Below, piece after piece: positions 1-9,590 of a stretch of DNA of 64,000 nt; position 1 is the stretch's first letter, and every line of letters starts with the position of its first letter. The notes under the pieces are model-generated. The model was not told the origin of the DNA and made no database searches. It worked only from the letters and a program-made list of their open reading frames with translations. The translations under genes and the position numbers were made by a program. Origin of the DNA: a virus (Duplodnaviria > Caudoviricetes); IMG/VR virus record IMGVR_UViG_3300015050_001523, positions 32,001 through 96,000 of that record; one strand, written 5' to 3'.

Positions 1-138
1 CGCAAAGACAACAATAAGCTTATTCAAGAACTTTTAAGATTGGACCTTACTCCATATCAACAAAAAGAGAATCCAAAAGCACAAAGTTTTCTTGTCCTAA
101 CCGAGACTTTGGTCGCTGCGCAACAAGCAAAAAAATAA
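1..138 (+). CDS. 3' end of truncated hypothetical CDS
   Basis: Open frame 1 from window edge to TAA at 136-138. Confidence 0.5.
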   Translation, partial: RKDNNKLIQELLRLDLTPYQQKENPKAQSFLVLTETLVAAQQAKK

Positions 139-146
139 AGAGATAA

Positions 147-626
147 ATGTCCAAATTATATACAATTGGACAGATTTTATATATTATCTCTCCAAAAACC
201 CAAACAGTAATTCCTGTACAAGTGCAGGAAATAAATCAAAAGACGACTATTGAAGGAGAGAAAATTTCCTTTTTGGTAAGGGAGCCTGAAGGGAAATCTC
301 TTTATAATTTAGATGAAATTGATGGGCAAGTTTTTACTAGTCCTTCTGACGTTGCAAAAACATTAAAGGAAAATGTCAATAAGTCAATAGATCAAATGAT
401 TTCAAATGCTTGTGAATTGGCAAAGAAAAAATTTGACGCTCCTTCTGAATCAGAAAACCATATAATGGTAAAAACAAAACCTTCGCCACCGCCATTGCCA
501 ATTCCTCAAATTCAAGAACTTAAATCAAATGAAAAAATTGCGGAAGTAGAAGTCATTGGGCACGATGGGAAAACTCATCTTCAAAAACAAAAAATTAGAA
601 TTCATCCAAATAGCTTGACAATGTAA
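147..626 (+). CDS. hypothetical protein
   Basis: 159-aa ORF followed by terminator hairpin. Confidence 0.7.
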   Translation: MSKLYTIGQILYIISPKTQTVIPVQVQEINQKTTIEGEKISFLVREPEGKSLYNLDEIDGQVFTSPSDVAKTLKENVNKSIDQMISNACELAKKKFDAPSESENHIMVKTKPSPPPLPIPQIQELKSNEKIAEVEVIGHDGKTHLQKQKIRIHPNSLTM

Positions 627-645
627 AATCTTATTTTATTAATTA

Positions 646-671
646 AAATAACCGGCAAATGCCGGTTATTT
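646..671. terminator. bidirectional intrinsic terminator
   Basis: AAATAACCGGC-AAAT-GCCGGTTATTT between convergent genes. Confidence 0.8.
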
Positions 672-691
672 GTTTTTAATCAATTCTAAAT

Positions 692-1513
692 TTAGAATCC
701 TTTAACTTTCCAACTATATTCTATACCTTTTCCATTTATTTCATCCCAAATTTGAGGAATTGGGGTTCCATCACCGACTCTCCATCCTACAGGACCACAA
801 GAAAGGCCATACTTCTTCATAAGATATATTGCAACACCTTTCCATATTCTTTCTCCAGGATCTGAAACGCGAGAATCGTCTCCTTGTCTATGTGCATGAA
901 TGAATTCAATCTTTCCTCCATGCTCTGCAACAAGATTTATATAGTATTCGCAAAGATGAATGGCTGCCAGTATCTGTCGATCAGAAACCGGTCTAAATAA
1001 GTCCTCATAGGTTTTGCCAGCAGCCCTTTCTTCTTTAGAAAGGCCAAAAGATTTTGGCTCGCCTATAACTCCTGGCTCCCTCCCAGAGATTTCAACTCCA
1101 ATATCCCATTTATTTAATGCATGTCCATGACTCATTATTAATGTTGGATCATTCAGAAGAACAATATCTGCATTTTTGATAATGGCTCCATGAGAAGGAA
1201 TATTGATGCAGGTTTCTGGTTTAATAATATGAACGGCCATTTGATGTAATGTTATTCCCTTAACATTTTTCCATTCTCTTTTGCCGTCAGGAAGCCCTCT
1301 CTCTTTTGTTCTTTTGGCCTTTCTTAAATCATGAAAAACAAATTCTTCTTTTTCATCTTTGGCACCAACTTCTTCATCGTCGTCATCGGCTTCAATTGAA
1401 TTTATTGGTCTTGGTTTAAAATTCAATTCTTCTTTTGGTTCAACAATCTTGTTATCGATTTTTTGTTGTGGAAAATATCCTTTTATTTTGTCTAAAAGAC
1501 TTTGATTTGTCAT
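692..1513 (-). CDS. N-acetylmuramoyl-L-alanine amidase (Amidase_2-like), probable endolysin
   Basis: GITLHQ, HALN..DIGVEISG, HAHRQ and DPG motifs match Zn-amidase layout. Confidence 0.7.
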   Translation of the reverse strand: MTNQSLLDKIKGYFPQQKIDNKIVEPKEELNFKPRPINSIEADDDDEEVGAKDEKEEFVFHDLRKAKRTKERGLPDGKREWKNVKGITLHQMAVHIIKPETCINIPSHGAIIKNADIVLLNDPTLIMSHGHALNKWDIGVEISGREPGVIGEPKSFGLSKEERAAGKTYEDLFRPVSDRQILAAIHLCEYYINLVAEHGGKIEFIHAHRQGDDSRVSDPGERIWKGVAIYLMKKYGLSCGPVGWRVGDGTPIPQIWDEINGKGIEYSWKVKGF

Positions 1514-1525
1514 ACTTTTATAAAT

Positions 1526-1744
1526 ATGCCGAATATGGTAATATTTAAAGTACAGGACATCATGAAAACACCATTAAATGAAATAGAACAAGATAGTTTA
1601 AGAAATCGTGGAATTTTAGGACAAAATGAAATTGCATATCGTGAAAACAATTTTACATATGCAGAAGATGTTCTTTCCTCTAAAAGAAGAATGATCAACA
1701 CTTCAAATATCGTAAACGAAGGCAAAAATCTTCTTTTGGGCTAG
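1526..1744 (+). CDS. small hypothetical protein
   Basis: ORF divergent from amidase; ATG at 1526 preferred over TTG at 1502. Confidence 0.55.
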   Translation: MPNMVIFKVQDIMKTPLNEIEQDSLRNRGILGQNEIAYRENNFTYAEDVLSSKRRMINTSNIVNEGKNLLLG

Positions 1745-1770
1745 AGAACCATGTTTAGATGTGGTACAAT
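1742..1770 (+). promoter_or_regulatory. extended -10 sigma70-type promoter, leaderless
   Basis: TAGAGA-N17-TACAAT with TGn; ATG 7 nt downstream at 1777. Confidence 0.6.
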
Positions 1771-1776
1771 CATCGC

Positions 1777-3021
1777 ATGTCGTTTAAAGAACGAATAAAA
1801 AATTTCGATTGGAAACAAAATTTTCTACATTTATTAGAGATTGCTTCAGATGCAAGTGAGGTTTTAATTCATTTAAGAGATGATCCAAAACCTTCTGATT
1901 ATGTTTCAATCTCATTAAAAGTTGCGAATTCATGGTTTCATCATTCTGAAAAAATTAAAGGTCACCCTTTTAAGGGATGGCATTTAGTTGAAATTTGGGA
2001 ATATAAAGATTTCTTATATGATATTTCTAAAAGAAATTATCCAAATAAAATTGTTAGAGATAGTAATGACATTAAATCATTAATTATAGAAATTGATGGA
2101 ATTAAATTTGGATGGGAGGATTTTGGAAGTGGAGAAGGGATAAATGGTCCTTATGTCCAAAATCATATTGAACGAGAAACATATATGAAAGTTCTCGGAA
2201 AAATGGTTTGGGAAAATATTGGAACATCATCTTGCGAATTGGGAAAAAAGAAAGGAATTGTTGAAGATGTTTGGGAAGCAGGTGTTTCTGTATTCCGCCC
2301 AGATCGTCAAGAGAATGTTCACAAAAGCCAAGTTGCCGAAGGAATTCTTGAGCGATCAAAAAAATTCTTAGAAAAAGGATATAACAGAAGCATCATGCTT
2401 TATGGAGATCCTGGAACCGGGAAAAGTAGTGCAATGAGATATATTGCAAGAGAATTTGGAAAAAATTCTCTTAGAATAAATGTTGGAGATTTAGATCATT
2501 TGAACCCAGAAGATATTCTTTTGGCGATTGAATTATTAAATCCTTCAACGCTAATGATTGATGATTTTGATCGAACTCAAAACTCAACAAAATTGCTAAG
2601 TGCTCTTGAAGGGTTTAATAATACCCTTCAATTATTAATGGTTTCTGTAAATGATGTTCAAAGCTTAGAGCCTGCTGTTATTAGGCCAGGAAGATTTGAT
2701 GATATTATTGAAGTAAAAACTCTTGATGAAAACATTATTAATGAATTAATTGGTGATGGACTTCCTGAAAAAATCAGAGATCGATTAAAAAGGCTTCCAA
2801 TAGCTTTCATTGTTGATTTCCACAAAAGAAGAGAGGTTTTGGGATTGGAAGAATCACTAAAAGAAGTTGTTGAACTTGAAAAAAGACTTAGGAAAATAGA
2901 TTCTTCAATTAATGGAGAACTCGCTCCGGCTCAGATTGAAAAGAAGAAAAAGAAGAAAAATAAATTTAAATTGTTATTAAATGAAAATGGAAATATAAAG
3001 GAAGTTTTTGATGAAGAATGA
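1777..3021 (+). CDS. AAA+ ATPase (single AAA module)
   Basis: Walker A GDPGTGKS, Walker B LMIDDFD, SRH IRPGRFD; start moved to 1777 from promoter spacing. Confidence 0.85.
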   Translation: MSFKERIKNFDWKQNFLHLLEIASDASEVLIHLRDDPKPSDYVSISLKVANSWFHHSEKIKGHPFKGWHLVEIWEYKDFLYDISKRNYPNKIVRDSNDIKSLIIEIDGIKFGWEDFGSGEGINGPYVQNHIERETYMKVLGKMVWENIGTSSCELGKKKGIVEDVWEAGVSVFRPDRQENVHKSQVAEGILERSKKFLEKGYNRSIMLYGDPGTGKSSAMRYIAREFGKNSLRINVGDLDHLNPEDILLAIELLNPSTLMIDDFDRTQNSTKLLSALEGFNNTLQLLMVSVNDVQSLEPAVIRPGRFDDIIEVKTLDENIINELIGDGLPEKIRDRLKRLPIAFIVDFHKRREVLGLEESLKEVVELEKRLRKIDSSINGELAPAQIEKKKKKKNKFKLLLNENGNIKEVFDEE

Positions 3022-3340
3022 AGTCAAAATTCCAATGAAAATGAAGCTTATTATAGCAATGAGAATAGAGGGAGTTATTCTTTATACCTTTTTTTCAAGT
3101 TTGGGCATTTCCTTAGCTTCTTTTAGCTTGGCAGGACATTCTATATTTTCCTTATTGGCTTTATGTTCTGCGACTTCTATTTCGGCATTTTTATCTGTTT
3201 CTTTATTCTTATTGTCCTATTGGCAAAAGGTAAAAATAAAAAATAAAAAAGAAATTGAATTTCCTTTCTTGCCAGTCATTCTGCCAGATATTGATATAGA
3301 AATTGTCCCTTTGAGTAAAAATGAAGACAAGAAACAATAA
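3008..3340 (+). CDS. small membrane protein (about 2 TM segments; holin-like topology possible)
   Basis: Two hydrophobic stretches and a charged C-terminus. Confidence 0.5.
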   Translation: MMKNEVKIPMKMKLIIAMRIEGVILYTFFSSLGISLASFSLAGHSIFSLLALCSATSISAFLSVSLFLLSYWQKVKIKNKKEIEFPFLPVILPDIDIEIVPLSKNEDKKQ

Positions 3341-3638
3341 TGTTGAGCTAATAAATAAATGGTTGGCTTGGCTTACTTCGCCAGATCACGGGTTTACATC
3401 TCATCAGATAGGTCGGGCTCAAGAGCTATGGGATAGCGTGCCAGTCTTTTTTCAGGGCCCACCTTCAGCAATGGCGGGCGAGGATAAATGCCTCTGCCTT
3501 ACTTGGCGCACAGATCCTTGGACATTATCGATTGAAATTGATCAAGAAGGACTTCCTTCTTGGTTTGCTTACAATACTACAGATCAACAGTATTTTGAGA
3601 CAGAAGCTGAAATCCGTAATTTGTTTGTTAGTCAATGA
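3321..3638 (+). CDS. hypothetical protein
   Basis: 105-aa ORF overlapping upstream stop. Confidence 0.6.
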   Translation: MKTRNNNVELINKWLAWLTSPDHGFTSHQIGRAQELWDSVPVFFQGPPSAMAGEDKCLCLTWRTDPWTLSIEIDQEGLPSWFAYNTTDQQYFETEAEIRNLFVSQ

Positions 3639-3640
3639 CC

Positions 3641-3669
3641 TTGAGTTTCAATTGGTTTTATGATATGGT
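3641..3669 (+). promoter_or_regulatory. sigma70-type promoter, leaderless
   Basis: TTGAGT-N17-TATGGT with TGn; ATG 6 nt downstream at 3675. Confidence 0.5.
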
Positions 3670-3674
3670 GAACT

Positions 3675-4445
3675 ATGGACATGCAAAAATATCCAAGGAC
3701 TCCTCATTTACCATGGTCCGAAGGAGCCACGTCGGATGATAAAATATTAAAATCAATTAATCATTTTATTGGGCAAGAAGTTGTTGTAACAGAAAAACTT
3801 GATGGGGAGAATACATCAATTTATTCTGATGGAAAAACCCATGCAAGATCGTTGTCTTCAGCCTCTCATCCTTCAAGAAACTGGGTTCGGCAACTTGCCG
3901 CAGAAATTGCATATAAAATTCCTTCAAATATTCAAATTGTTGGAGAAAATCTATATGCAAAACATAGCATATATTATTCTCAGCTTCCAAGCTATTTCAT
4001 ATGCTATGGTGCATTTATTGAAAATGAGGGCCATCCATGCGAGGAATGCAACGGCGATCGTGGAAAAATAATTGTCAGATACCAGACAGGTGCAGGTGGA
4101 GAGTCAGAATATTGGGAAGGTTGCCGTCTTTGCAATGAAACAGGAAAGCAGAATAATCAAATTTCTGCTTTAGATTGGGATTCTATTGATAGCTTATGCA
4201 AAACCTTAAATATTGAAATCGCTCCAATATTGTATCGAGGAATATGGAATGAAAAAATAATAAAAAAACTATATCCAAGAACATCAAGTTTTGGAGATAT
4301 TTCTGAAGGTTATGTTGTCAGAACAGTTTCTAGTTTTAGAAAAACAAATTTTGATAATCATGTAGCAAAATTTGTCAGAAAAGGCCATGTAACAACAGAC
4401 GAGCATTGGATGCATGGCCAAATTGTTCCAAATAAGCTTAAATGA
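3675..4445 (+). CDS. RNA ligase family protein (Rnl2-like) with CxxC..CxxC insertion
   Basis: KYPRTPHLPWS, motif I TEKLDGEN, GEN, EGYVVR, KFVR. Confidence 0.85.
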   Translation: MDMQKYPRTPHLPWSEGATSDDKILKSINHFIGQEVVVTEKLDGENTSIYSDGKTHARSLSSASHPSRNWVRQLAAEIAYKIPSNIQIVGENLYAKHSIYYSQLPSYFICYGAFIENEGHPCEECNGDRGKIIVRYQTGAGGESEYWEGCRLCNETGKQNNQISALDWDSIDSLCKTLNIEIAPILYRGIWNEKIIKKLYPRTSSFGDISEGYVVRTVSSFRKTNFDNHVAKFVRKGHVTTDEHWMHGQIVPNKLK

Positions 4446-4472
4446 AAATGGCCTCAATTGAGGCCATTTTCA
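4443..4472. terminator. bidirectional terminator (perfect 30-bp palindrome)
   Basis: TGAAAATGGCCTCAATTGAGGCCATTTTCA at convergent junction. Confidence 0.85.
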
Positions 4473-4766
4473 AAAATCTAATGTAATGCGTTCGATTCTA
4501 TAGTTTACTCGTTGTGGTCCCCATTTGGCCTTTCGAGTAGCGGCGAAATCCCATAGCAGTCCGCCGCGATACCATTTCCATGCTGGCTCGGCCCAACCAT
4601 AATACAATCCTGGCCGCGCAATACGTGCTGAATTTTTAAATCCTTGTTCGATCCTTGTTAGTGCTTTTTCTGCCGTTGAATAAATTCCAAGAAGTTGTGA
4701 TTTATCAAAATTCCATGCATCTGGCCAAGTATGAACTTGATATACATAGGAGGAATTATTCGACAT
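4470..4766 (-). CDS. hypothetical protein
   Basis: 98-aa ORF in coupled minus-strand run. Confidence 0.6.
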   Translation of the reverse strand: MSNNSSYVYQVHTWPDAWNFDKSQLLGIYSTAEKALTRIEQGFKNSARIARPGLYYGWAEPAWKWYRGGLLWDFAATRKAKWGPQRVNYRIERITLDF

Positions 4767-5265
4767 TTATTCTATAATCCTCTAAAAGAGATTCAAGAGA
4801 ACCCATAATGAAAATATGATTATTCCGTTTTTTATATTCTTTGACAGAATTTTTATATTCTTCTGAAAAGTTATGATATTTATGGTCCGAGTTATCAAGT
4901 TCATTTCCTGTAAGGGCTAATAAAATGACTCGCTCAGCATAAACTGTTATTTCAATTATTTCATTTGGAGGGATTCGGAATAAATCTCGAACATATAAGA
5001 ATTCGTCCCACGGACCAAATTCTTCAAGATTTTCTCCATAAGAATCCATGTTTTGTAGAGCTTTATCAATAATAAAGCCTTCTAAATCTTCAATATTTGG
5101 GCTGTGCCCTTCTTCAAGAAATTTGAATAAATAATTTTCAGCTAAACTTTGTACAGCTTCAATTGCAGAATTAAAAGAATCATCTGGTGGGACGCCTATA
5201 GCAACATAAGACGAATAGCTGGTCTCGGCATATCCCATATGCATTATAATTGTATTTGTTTTCAT
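4756..5265 (-). CDS. hypothetical protein
   Basis: 169-aa ORF, ATGA overlap with upstream gene. Confidence 0.65.
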   Translation of the reverse strand: MKTNTIIMHMGYAETSYSSYVAIGVPPDDSFNSAIEAVQSLAENYLFKFLEEGHSPNIEDLEGFIIDKALQNMDSYGENLEEFGPWDEFLYVRDLFRIPPNEIIEITVYAERVILLALTGNELDNSDHKYHNFSEEYKNSVKEYKKRNNHIFIMGSLESLLEDYRINVE

Positions 5266-5480
5266 GGAACCTCGATTTGCTCGACCAACTTAGCATAGCC
5301 TTGCTGTTCCACCATAAACTTGACAAAGCCTGGAGTGTTTGTCTCACCGATGATTCGGCCTTTGTCGTCTAGGTCTTCTGACATGTTTTCAACAGGTGAC
5401 ATTGGCAGCATCGCCAATGTGGCTTTTGTAGCCTTGACGCAGTCAGGTTCAATATTGTGTGGTGTAATTGCGATCTTCAT
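5262..5480 (-). CDS. hypothetical protein
   Basis: 72-aa ORF, ATGA overlaps on both sides. Confidence 0.65.
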   Translation of the reverse strand: MKIAITPHNIEPDCVKATKATLAMLPMSPVENMSEDLDDKGRIIGETNTPGFVKFMVEQQGYAKLVEQIEVP

Positions 5481-5929
5481 TCTTCTCCTTTTGAATTTTT
5501 TATTTCTTGGCGTACTTGCATAAGAATTTTTCCAAGACGATTATCTCCAACGCCTTTGCAGATTCCCCAATAAACATCTCCCCAATTATTTCCTTCTTCA
5601 ATTTCTAAATCTTTTGTTCCAAGTAATAAAACTTGATACATTGAATCATTTTGATATTTTTGGCGAGTTAAATCAAGCATTACCGACTCTTTAATCTCCT
5701 CCCAATCAGGACGCATTGTTATTTTGCGCCCTTCGCGCTTCGCCTGGCCAGGAGACGCGAGTTGTTGAATTTTCTCTCTTTCAGATAGATTTAATGTTTT
5801 TGCAGCCTGATAAGCATGTTCAGTAGATGGATATTCAACACCATCTAAAGTTACTTTGACAGGTGCAAAATTAGAAAGCCATCTATAATTTCCGCTAAAA
5901 GATTCAATTTTAGTAATTTCAGTTTTCAT
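5477..5929 (-). CDS. NADAR (YbiA-like) domain protein
   Basis: FSGNYRWLSNF, YPSTEHAYQAAK, W...K..VM, D.YWG, N.LGKILM motifs. Confidence 0.9.
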   Translation of the reverse strand: MKTEITKIESFSGNYRWLSNFAPVKVTLDGVEYPSTEHAYQAAKTLNLSEREKIQQLASPGQAKREGRKITMRPDWEEIKESVMLDLTRQKYQNDSMYQVLLLGTKDLEIEEGNNWGDVYWGICKGVGDNRLGKILMQVRQEIKNSKGEE

Positions 5930-6049
5930 TTTTCTCTCTTTTTAGTCTTCAAATTCAAGAACTGTTAATTCTTTTGGATCAACAAGAATCTTGATAGTTT
6001 TCAGTTAGATTGGCGCATGTTTGATATTGTTCTAAAAAACATTGATCAT

Positions 6050-6331
6050 TCATGTTTTGAAGAGCCCACTTTCAGAACACCATTTGTCAAACGCCTTTTT
6101 ACGCTCAATCTCGCTGGTGGCGTACCCTACATTCTCATGTGGATATATGGTTTGTGTTTTGATGATTTCAAGGAGCCCATCCAGATTTGACCATTTATAA
6201 TGTCCGTAATACCTAATGATGTATGAGTGTATACTGCGATTCGCATCCGCTGCGCAGCGGGATGGATAGGTTCGATGGGCTGACCCACAGATGGGACATT
6301 TTAGTCGTTTTGTGGTCTCATTCATGCTCAT
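6050..6331 (-). CDS. hypothetical protein with CxxC motif
   Basis: 93-aa ORF, CPICG. Confidence 0.55.
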   Translation of the reverse strand: MSMNETTKRLKCPICGSAHRTYPSRCAADANRSIHSYIIRYYGHYKWSNLDGLLEIIKTQTIYPHENVGYATSEIERKKAFDKWCSESGLFKT

Positions 6332-6635
6332 GTTTTAAATCTCGTGCAACAGATGAAAAAATATCAAATTCACTCATTGCATGCTTAAATGGATGTTCTT
6401 CTTCATGAGTATAAGAATAGCACTTAAGAGAAAAGACAACGATTGGCTGCCCTTTTTTATCTGCTACTGCTGCAATTGCTGATGGGGCAGCAACCCCAAA
6501 TTTAGACTTCCATTTAATTGAAAGAATGTCTTTGATATCATCAGGAACTTTTGGCAGCTCCATTTCCTGAAGAGTTTCAACAGGAAGGTTTTGAGTGGTA
6601 TGATCAAAGTGGCCTTGGTTTAGTAGGGCGAGCAT
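6318..6635 (-). CDS. hypothetical early protein (leaderless)
   Basis: ATG 7 nt downstream of -10 box. Confidence 0.65.
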   Translation of the reverse strand: MLALLNQGHFDHTTQNLPVETLQEMELPKVPDDIKDILSIKWKSKFGVAAPSAIAAVADKKGQPIVVFSLKCYSYTHEEEHPFKHAMSEFDIFSSVARDLKHEHE

Positions 6636-6641
6636 GATTAA

Positions 6642-6669
6642 AGGATAGCCCAGTTTAGCCCGATGTCAA
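6642..6669 (-). promoter_or_regulatory. sigma70-type promoter
   Basis: TTGACA-N16-TATCCT. Confidence 0.75.
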
Positions 6670-6676
6670 GCCCCAT

Positions 6677-7126
6677 CTACGGGTTTAAAAATCCAAAATC
6701 CTTCATCATAGAGTCTATAAGCGGCCTAGCTTCAAATATAAATGTTTCAAATCCATTATGAAGAGGAAGTCTTCCTCCATATAGCTGGGAGATGGTAAAC
6801 CATTCTGCTTCAATATTTTCATCATCAAGGATTGGTTCAAATTCCTGCGGGCAAATACCAATAAAGTTCGTGTAAGAAAAATTCTTCATAGGATTTTCAT
6901 GAGTATACCCTTTTAAAAGGATAAGCGGCCCATCATACCCTGTTTCTTCTTCAAATTCTCGAATTGCTCCTTCTGCGCGGTTTTCTCCCCAACAAAGAAA
7001 CCCTCCAATTGTAGAATATACTCCTTCCTTTCTTAAGGCAAGAAGAAATCGGCCAGAATCCATAGCAAAAGTCAGAATACCTGCTGCTTTATTTTTATTA
7101 TCAACATTTGGTTCTATATATCTCAT
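6677..7126 (-). CDS. Nudix hydrolase
   Basis: Nudix box GG.....E....GAIREFEEETG. Confidence 0.85.
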   Translation of the reverse strand: MRYIEPNVDNKNKAAGILTFAMDSGRFLLALRKEGVYSTIGGFLCWGENRAEGAIREFEEETGYDGPLILLKGYTHENPMKNFSYTNFIGICPQEFEPILDDENIEAEWFTISQLYGGRLPLHNGFETFIFEARPLIDSMMKDFGFLNP

Positions 7127-7141
7127 TATTTATAGATATTG

Positions 7142-7399
7142 TCAAAAATTGTTTATTTTTATAACCATTTCAATTCTCATAACCCCATTAAAAATAAGAT
7201 AATTCTCAATTATAGATTTAAGAGATTTCCTCTTTTTGATTTCTTCCCAATATCCTTGCTCTGTAAAAGGATGACTATCTAAATAATAAACATTCATATT
7301 ACCAGGCCATTCAACAGCAGGACCGTCTTCTCGGTGAAGTTTATTATTTAAATAATGACGCTTTGTTCCAATGGCATCAATAATTAATCCATTTTTCAT
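7142..7399 (-). CDS. HREDGPA-repeat (MORN-variant-like) family, copy E1 (1 unit)
   Basis: MKNGLIID..LHREDGPA..YWEEIKKRKSL. Confidence 0.8.
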   Translation of the reverse strand: MKNGLIIDAIGTKRHYLNNKLHREDGPAVEWPGNMNVYYLDSHPFTEQGYWEEIKKRKSLKSIIENYLIFNGVMRIEMVIKINNF

Positions 7400-7418
7400 T
7401 AGATAATTCCTTTGTTAG

Positions 7419-7447
7419 TTTATAGCATTTTAAAATTTGGAAGTCAA
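7419..7447 (-). promoter_or_regulatory. sigma70-type promoter
   Basis: TTGACT-N17-TATAAA with TGC, upstream of RBS of E1. Confidence 0.7.
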
Positions 7448-7455
7448 CAAATTTT

Positions 7456-7710
7456 TCAGATCTTTACAAGACAAGATTGGTCAATTTCAATAATTTCTTT
7501 ACCAACCACAACTTCATACCTATAAAGAACTCCAATTGAATTAAAGTCTTTTATTTCTTCTTTTTCAATAACATTCAAAATAATAGCTAATCGATTGTTT
7601 CTTCCGGCTTGCCGTTCATTTAGTTCTTTTTTTCTTTTTAATTCTGAACTATAATCTATTTTTACAAGTTCTCCAACACAAAACTTAAGATCTTCTTTCC
7701 TTGATGACAT
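7456..7710 (-). CDS. hypothetical protein
   Basis: 84-aa ORF. Confidence 0.6.
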   Translation of the reverse strand: MSSRKEDLKFCVGELVKIDYSSELKRKKELNERQAGRNNRLAIILNVIEKEEIKDFNSIGVLYRYEVVVGKEIIEIDQSCLVKI

Positions 7711-7728
7711 ATGGTATAATAGGCTATT

Positions 7729-8163
7729 GTGTTTGAAATAAAAAGAGTTAGAAAAACATTTAAAAACTTAATGATTCTTAGAGAAATGGATGATACCTGT
7801 TTTCCAGAAGATTCTTATGCGCCTTTAGGGCTTCGCAAATATTCTTGGTGGTTTGTTTATGATGAAAACAATAAAGCAGTTGCCTATGCTGTAGGTTGTT
7901 CTAAAAAAGACAAAAGTTATTTTTTAGCAAGAGCTGGCGTTTTGCCTGAACAAAGAGGGCAAAATATTCAACAAATCCTAATAAATGAAAGAGTTAATAT
8001 GGCAAAATCCCTAGGTCTAAAGAATGTTATCACCTACACAAGCATCAACAACCCTCCTTCAATTAAGAACTTGAAAAAATGTGGATTTGTGGAATGGGTT
8101 GATGCCCCAAATTACTGGAAGACAGAAAATTTTATATCATGGATTCTCAATATTGGCAATTGA
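7729..8163 (+). CDS. GNAT family N-acetyltransferase
   Basis: V.PEQRGQNI motif A variant, N.PSIKNLKKCGF motif B; start uncertain. Confidence 0.8.
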   Translation: MFEIKRVRKTFKNLMILREMDDTCFPEDSYAPLGLRKYSWWFVYDENNKAVAYAVGCSKKDKSYFLARAGVLPEQRGQNIQQILINERVNMAKSLGLKNVITYTSINNPPSIKNLKKCGFVEWVDAPNYWKTENFISWILNIGN

Positions 8164-8315
8164 AATATTTCTAATTTTTATTAATAATTCTTTATTTTCT
8201 TTTAATTCTTCATTTTTTCTTTTTTGAATAATTAAAAGAGCTCGCAAAACAATTAATTTTTTATGAATTTTATTATAATTGTTTCCCAATTTCCATAAAG
8301 ATTTACCTTCCTATT

Positions 8316-9590
8316 TTAAGTATCTTCCATCTTTATTGTTATTTCGTTTGTTTCAAAGTTCAATGCGCCGGAAGGACAAAGAACCCAACATCTAGGAATT
8401 TTACAATCAGAGGGTTTATAGCAAAATCCATCTGTCATAAAGATTGCAGCATCAAATTTTGAATAATTTTCATTAATCCATAAAGTTGGAACATTGAAGT
8501 TTGTTCCTCCACGAGCAACCCGATCTGGGTTTATTTTTTCTCCTTTTCCCCAAGTAAAAATTTTGTCTTCAATAACTTTTGAATCAAAAGGAACAACAAT
8601 AAACTCTGTATATTCAGACAATTTTCCTAATTCAGAAAAAAACATTGCCAAAGATTCATTATCTACAGAGCCACTTTGATCAATGCAAATGACAATTCTT
8701 GCCATTCGCTTTCTTTTTCTTCCTGGATGAATATATGGATATCTTTTATTTATTCTCTTTAATGATGATGTGTATTCAATTGTGCAACTATTTCCAATGA
8801 AATTTCTTAATAAGTCTTTCCAGTCAACTGTTTCCTTAATTGACTCAAGAATCTTTAATTGCATTTCATTCGATACACTTCCCCAATGATTGCTTCGACT
8901 GCACATATCGGCAGAATCTTGAATAATTCTTTTTATGTTATTTTCAATAAATTCCTTTTCTTCAGACGAAATACCATCAGAAGGAGCCCAGCCTTCATGA
9001 TCATCAGCTGTTCCAATAATATTTGCATTTAATAATGATTCAAAAATATCACGATTATTATTGATTTGTTCATAATACCAATCAGCCGATTCTCCTTTTG
9101 GCCAACTAATCACAAGATCTTTAAATTGTTCTATTTGGCTTAAAGTTTCTTGGCTGTAAAAATGCTTATATTCTTCTGGTATTTCTATCCACTTTCCAGG
9201 AATTAGCCCGCCAGGAGGAAGTCTTTTTTCGTCAATTAAAGAATTGATTGCAAAATCAGTTGCAAAATTCCAAGCACGATCTAATTTTCCATTTAATATT
9301 TTTGCTCTTGAAGTAGTATGATTAAAAATAATATGCAAAAATTCATGGATTAGAAGTCCTTGTCTCTCTTGCCATGATAAATTATTAAAAAAATCTTCAT
9401 TATAATATAATATCATTTTTCCATTTTGAATACAAACACCAGCAGTTTCAAGTTCTTTTGTTTTGAATTTGTTTATATTCGCTGATATGTGACCATAAAA
9501 TGGTTCATCTATACTAAATTTTGAAAGAGTTTTTTCAAAATCATACTTATTCCATCTTTCACCCTTTATTTCTTCATCTTTTTTTTTCAT
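8316..9590 (-). CDS. HExxH metallopeptidase-like + VWA domain protein (DUF2201-like)
   Basis: LLIHEFLH, WNFATDFAIN, MIDAS DQSGS, GGTNF, FMTDG. Confidence 0.85.
   Translation of the reverse strand: MKKKDEEIKGERWNKYDFEKTLSKFSIDEPFYGHISANINKFKTKELETAGVCIQNGKMILYYNEDFFNNLSWQERQGLLIHEFLHIIFNHTTSRAKILNGKLDRAWNFATDFAINSLIDEKRLPPGGLIPGKWIEIPEEYKHFYSQETLSQIEQFKDLVISWPKGESADWYYEQINNNRDIFESLLNANIIGTADDHEGWAPSDGISSEEKEFIENNIKRIIQDSADMCSRSNHWGSVSNEMQLKILESIKETVDWKDLLRNFIGNSCTIEYTSSLKRINKRYPYIHPGRKRKRMARIVICIDQSGSVDNESLAMFFSELGKLSEYTEFIVVPFDSKVIEDKIFTWGKGEKINPDRVARGGTNFNVPTLWINENYSKFDAAIFMTDGFCYKPSDCKIPRCWVLCPSGALNFETNEITIKMEDT

Noticed and set aside
7140-7145. TTGACA at end of E1 as Nudix promoter
   Set aside because: A -10 box at 16-18 nt would fall inside the Nudix ORF and does not match consensus.
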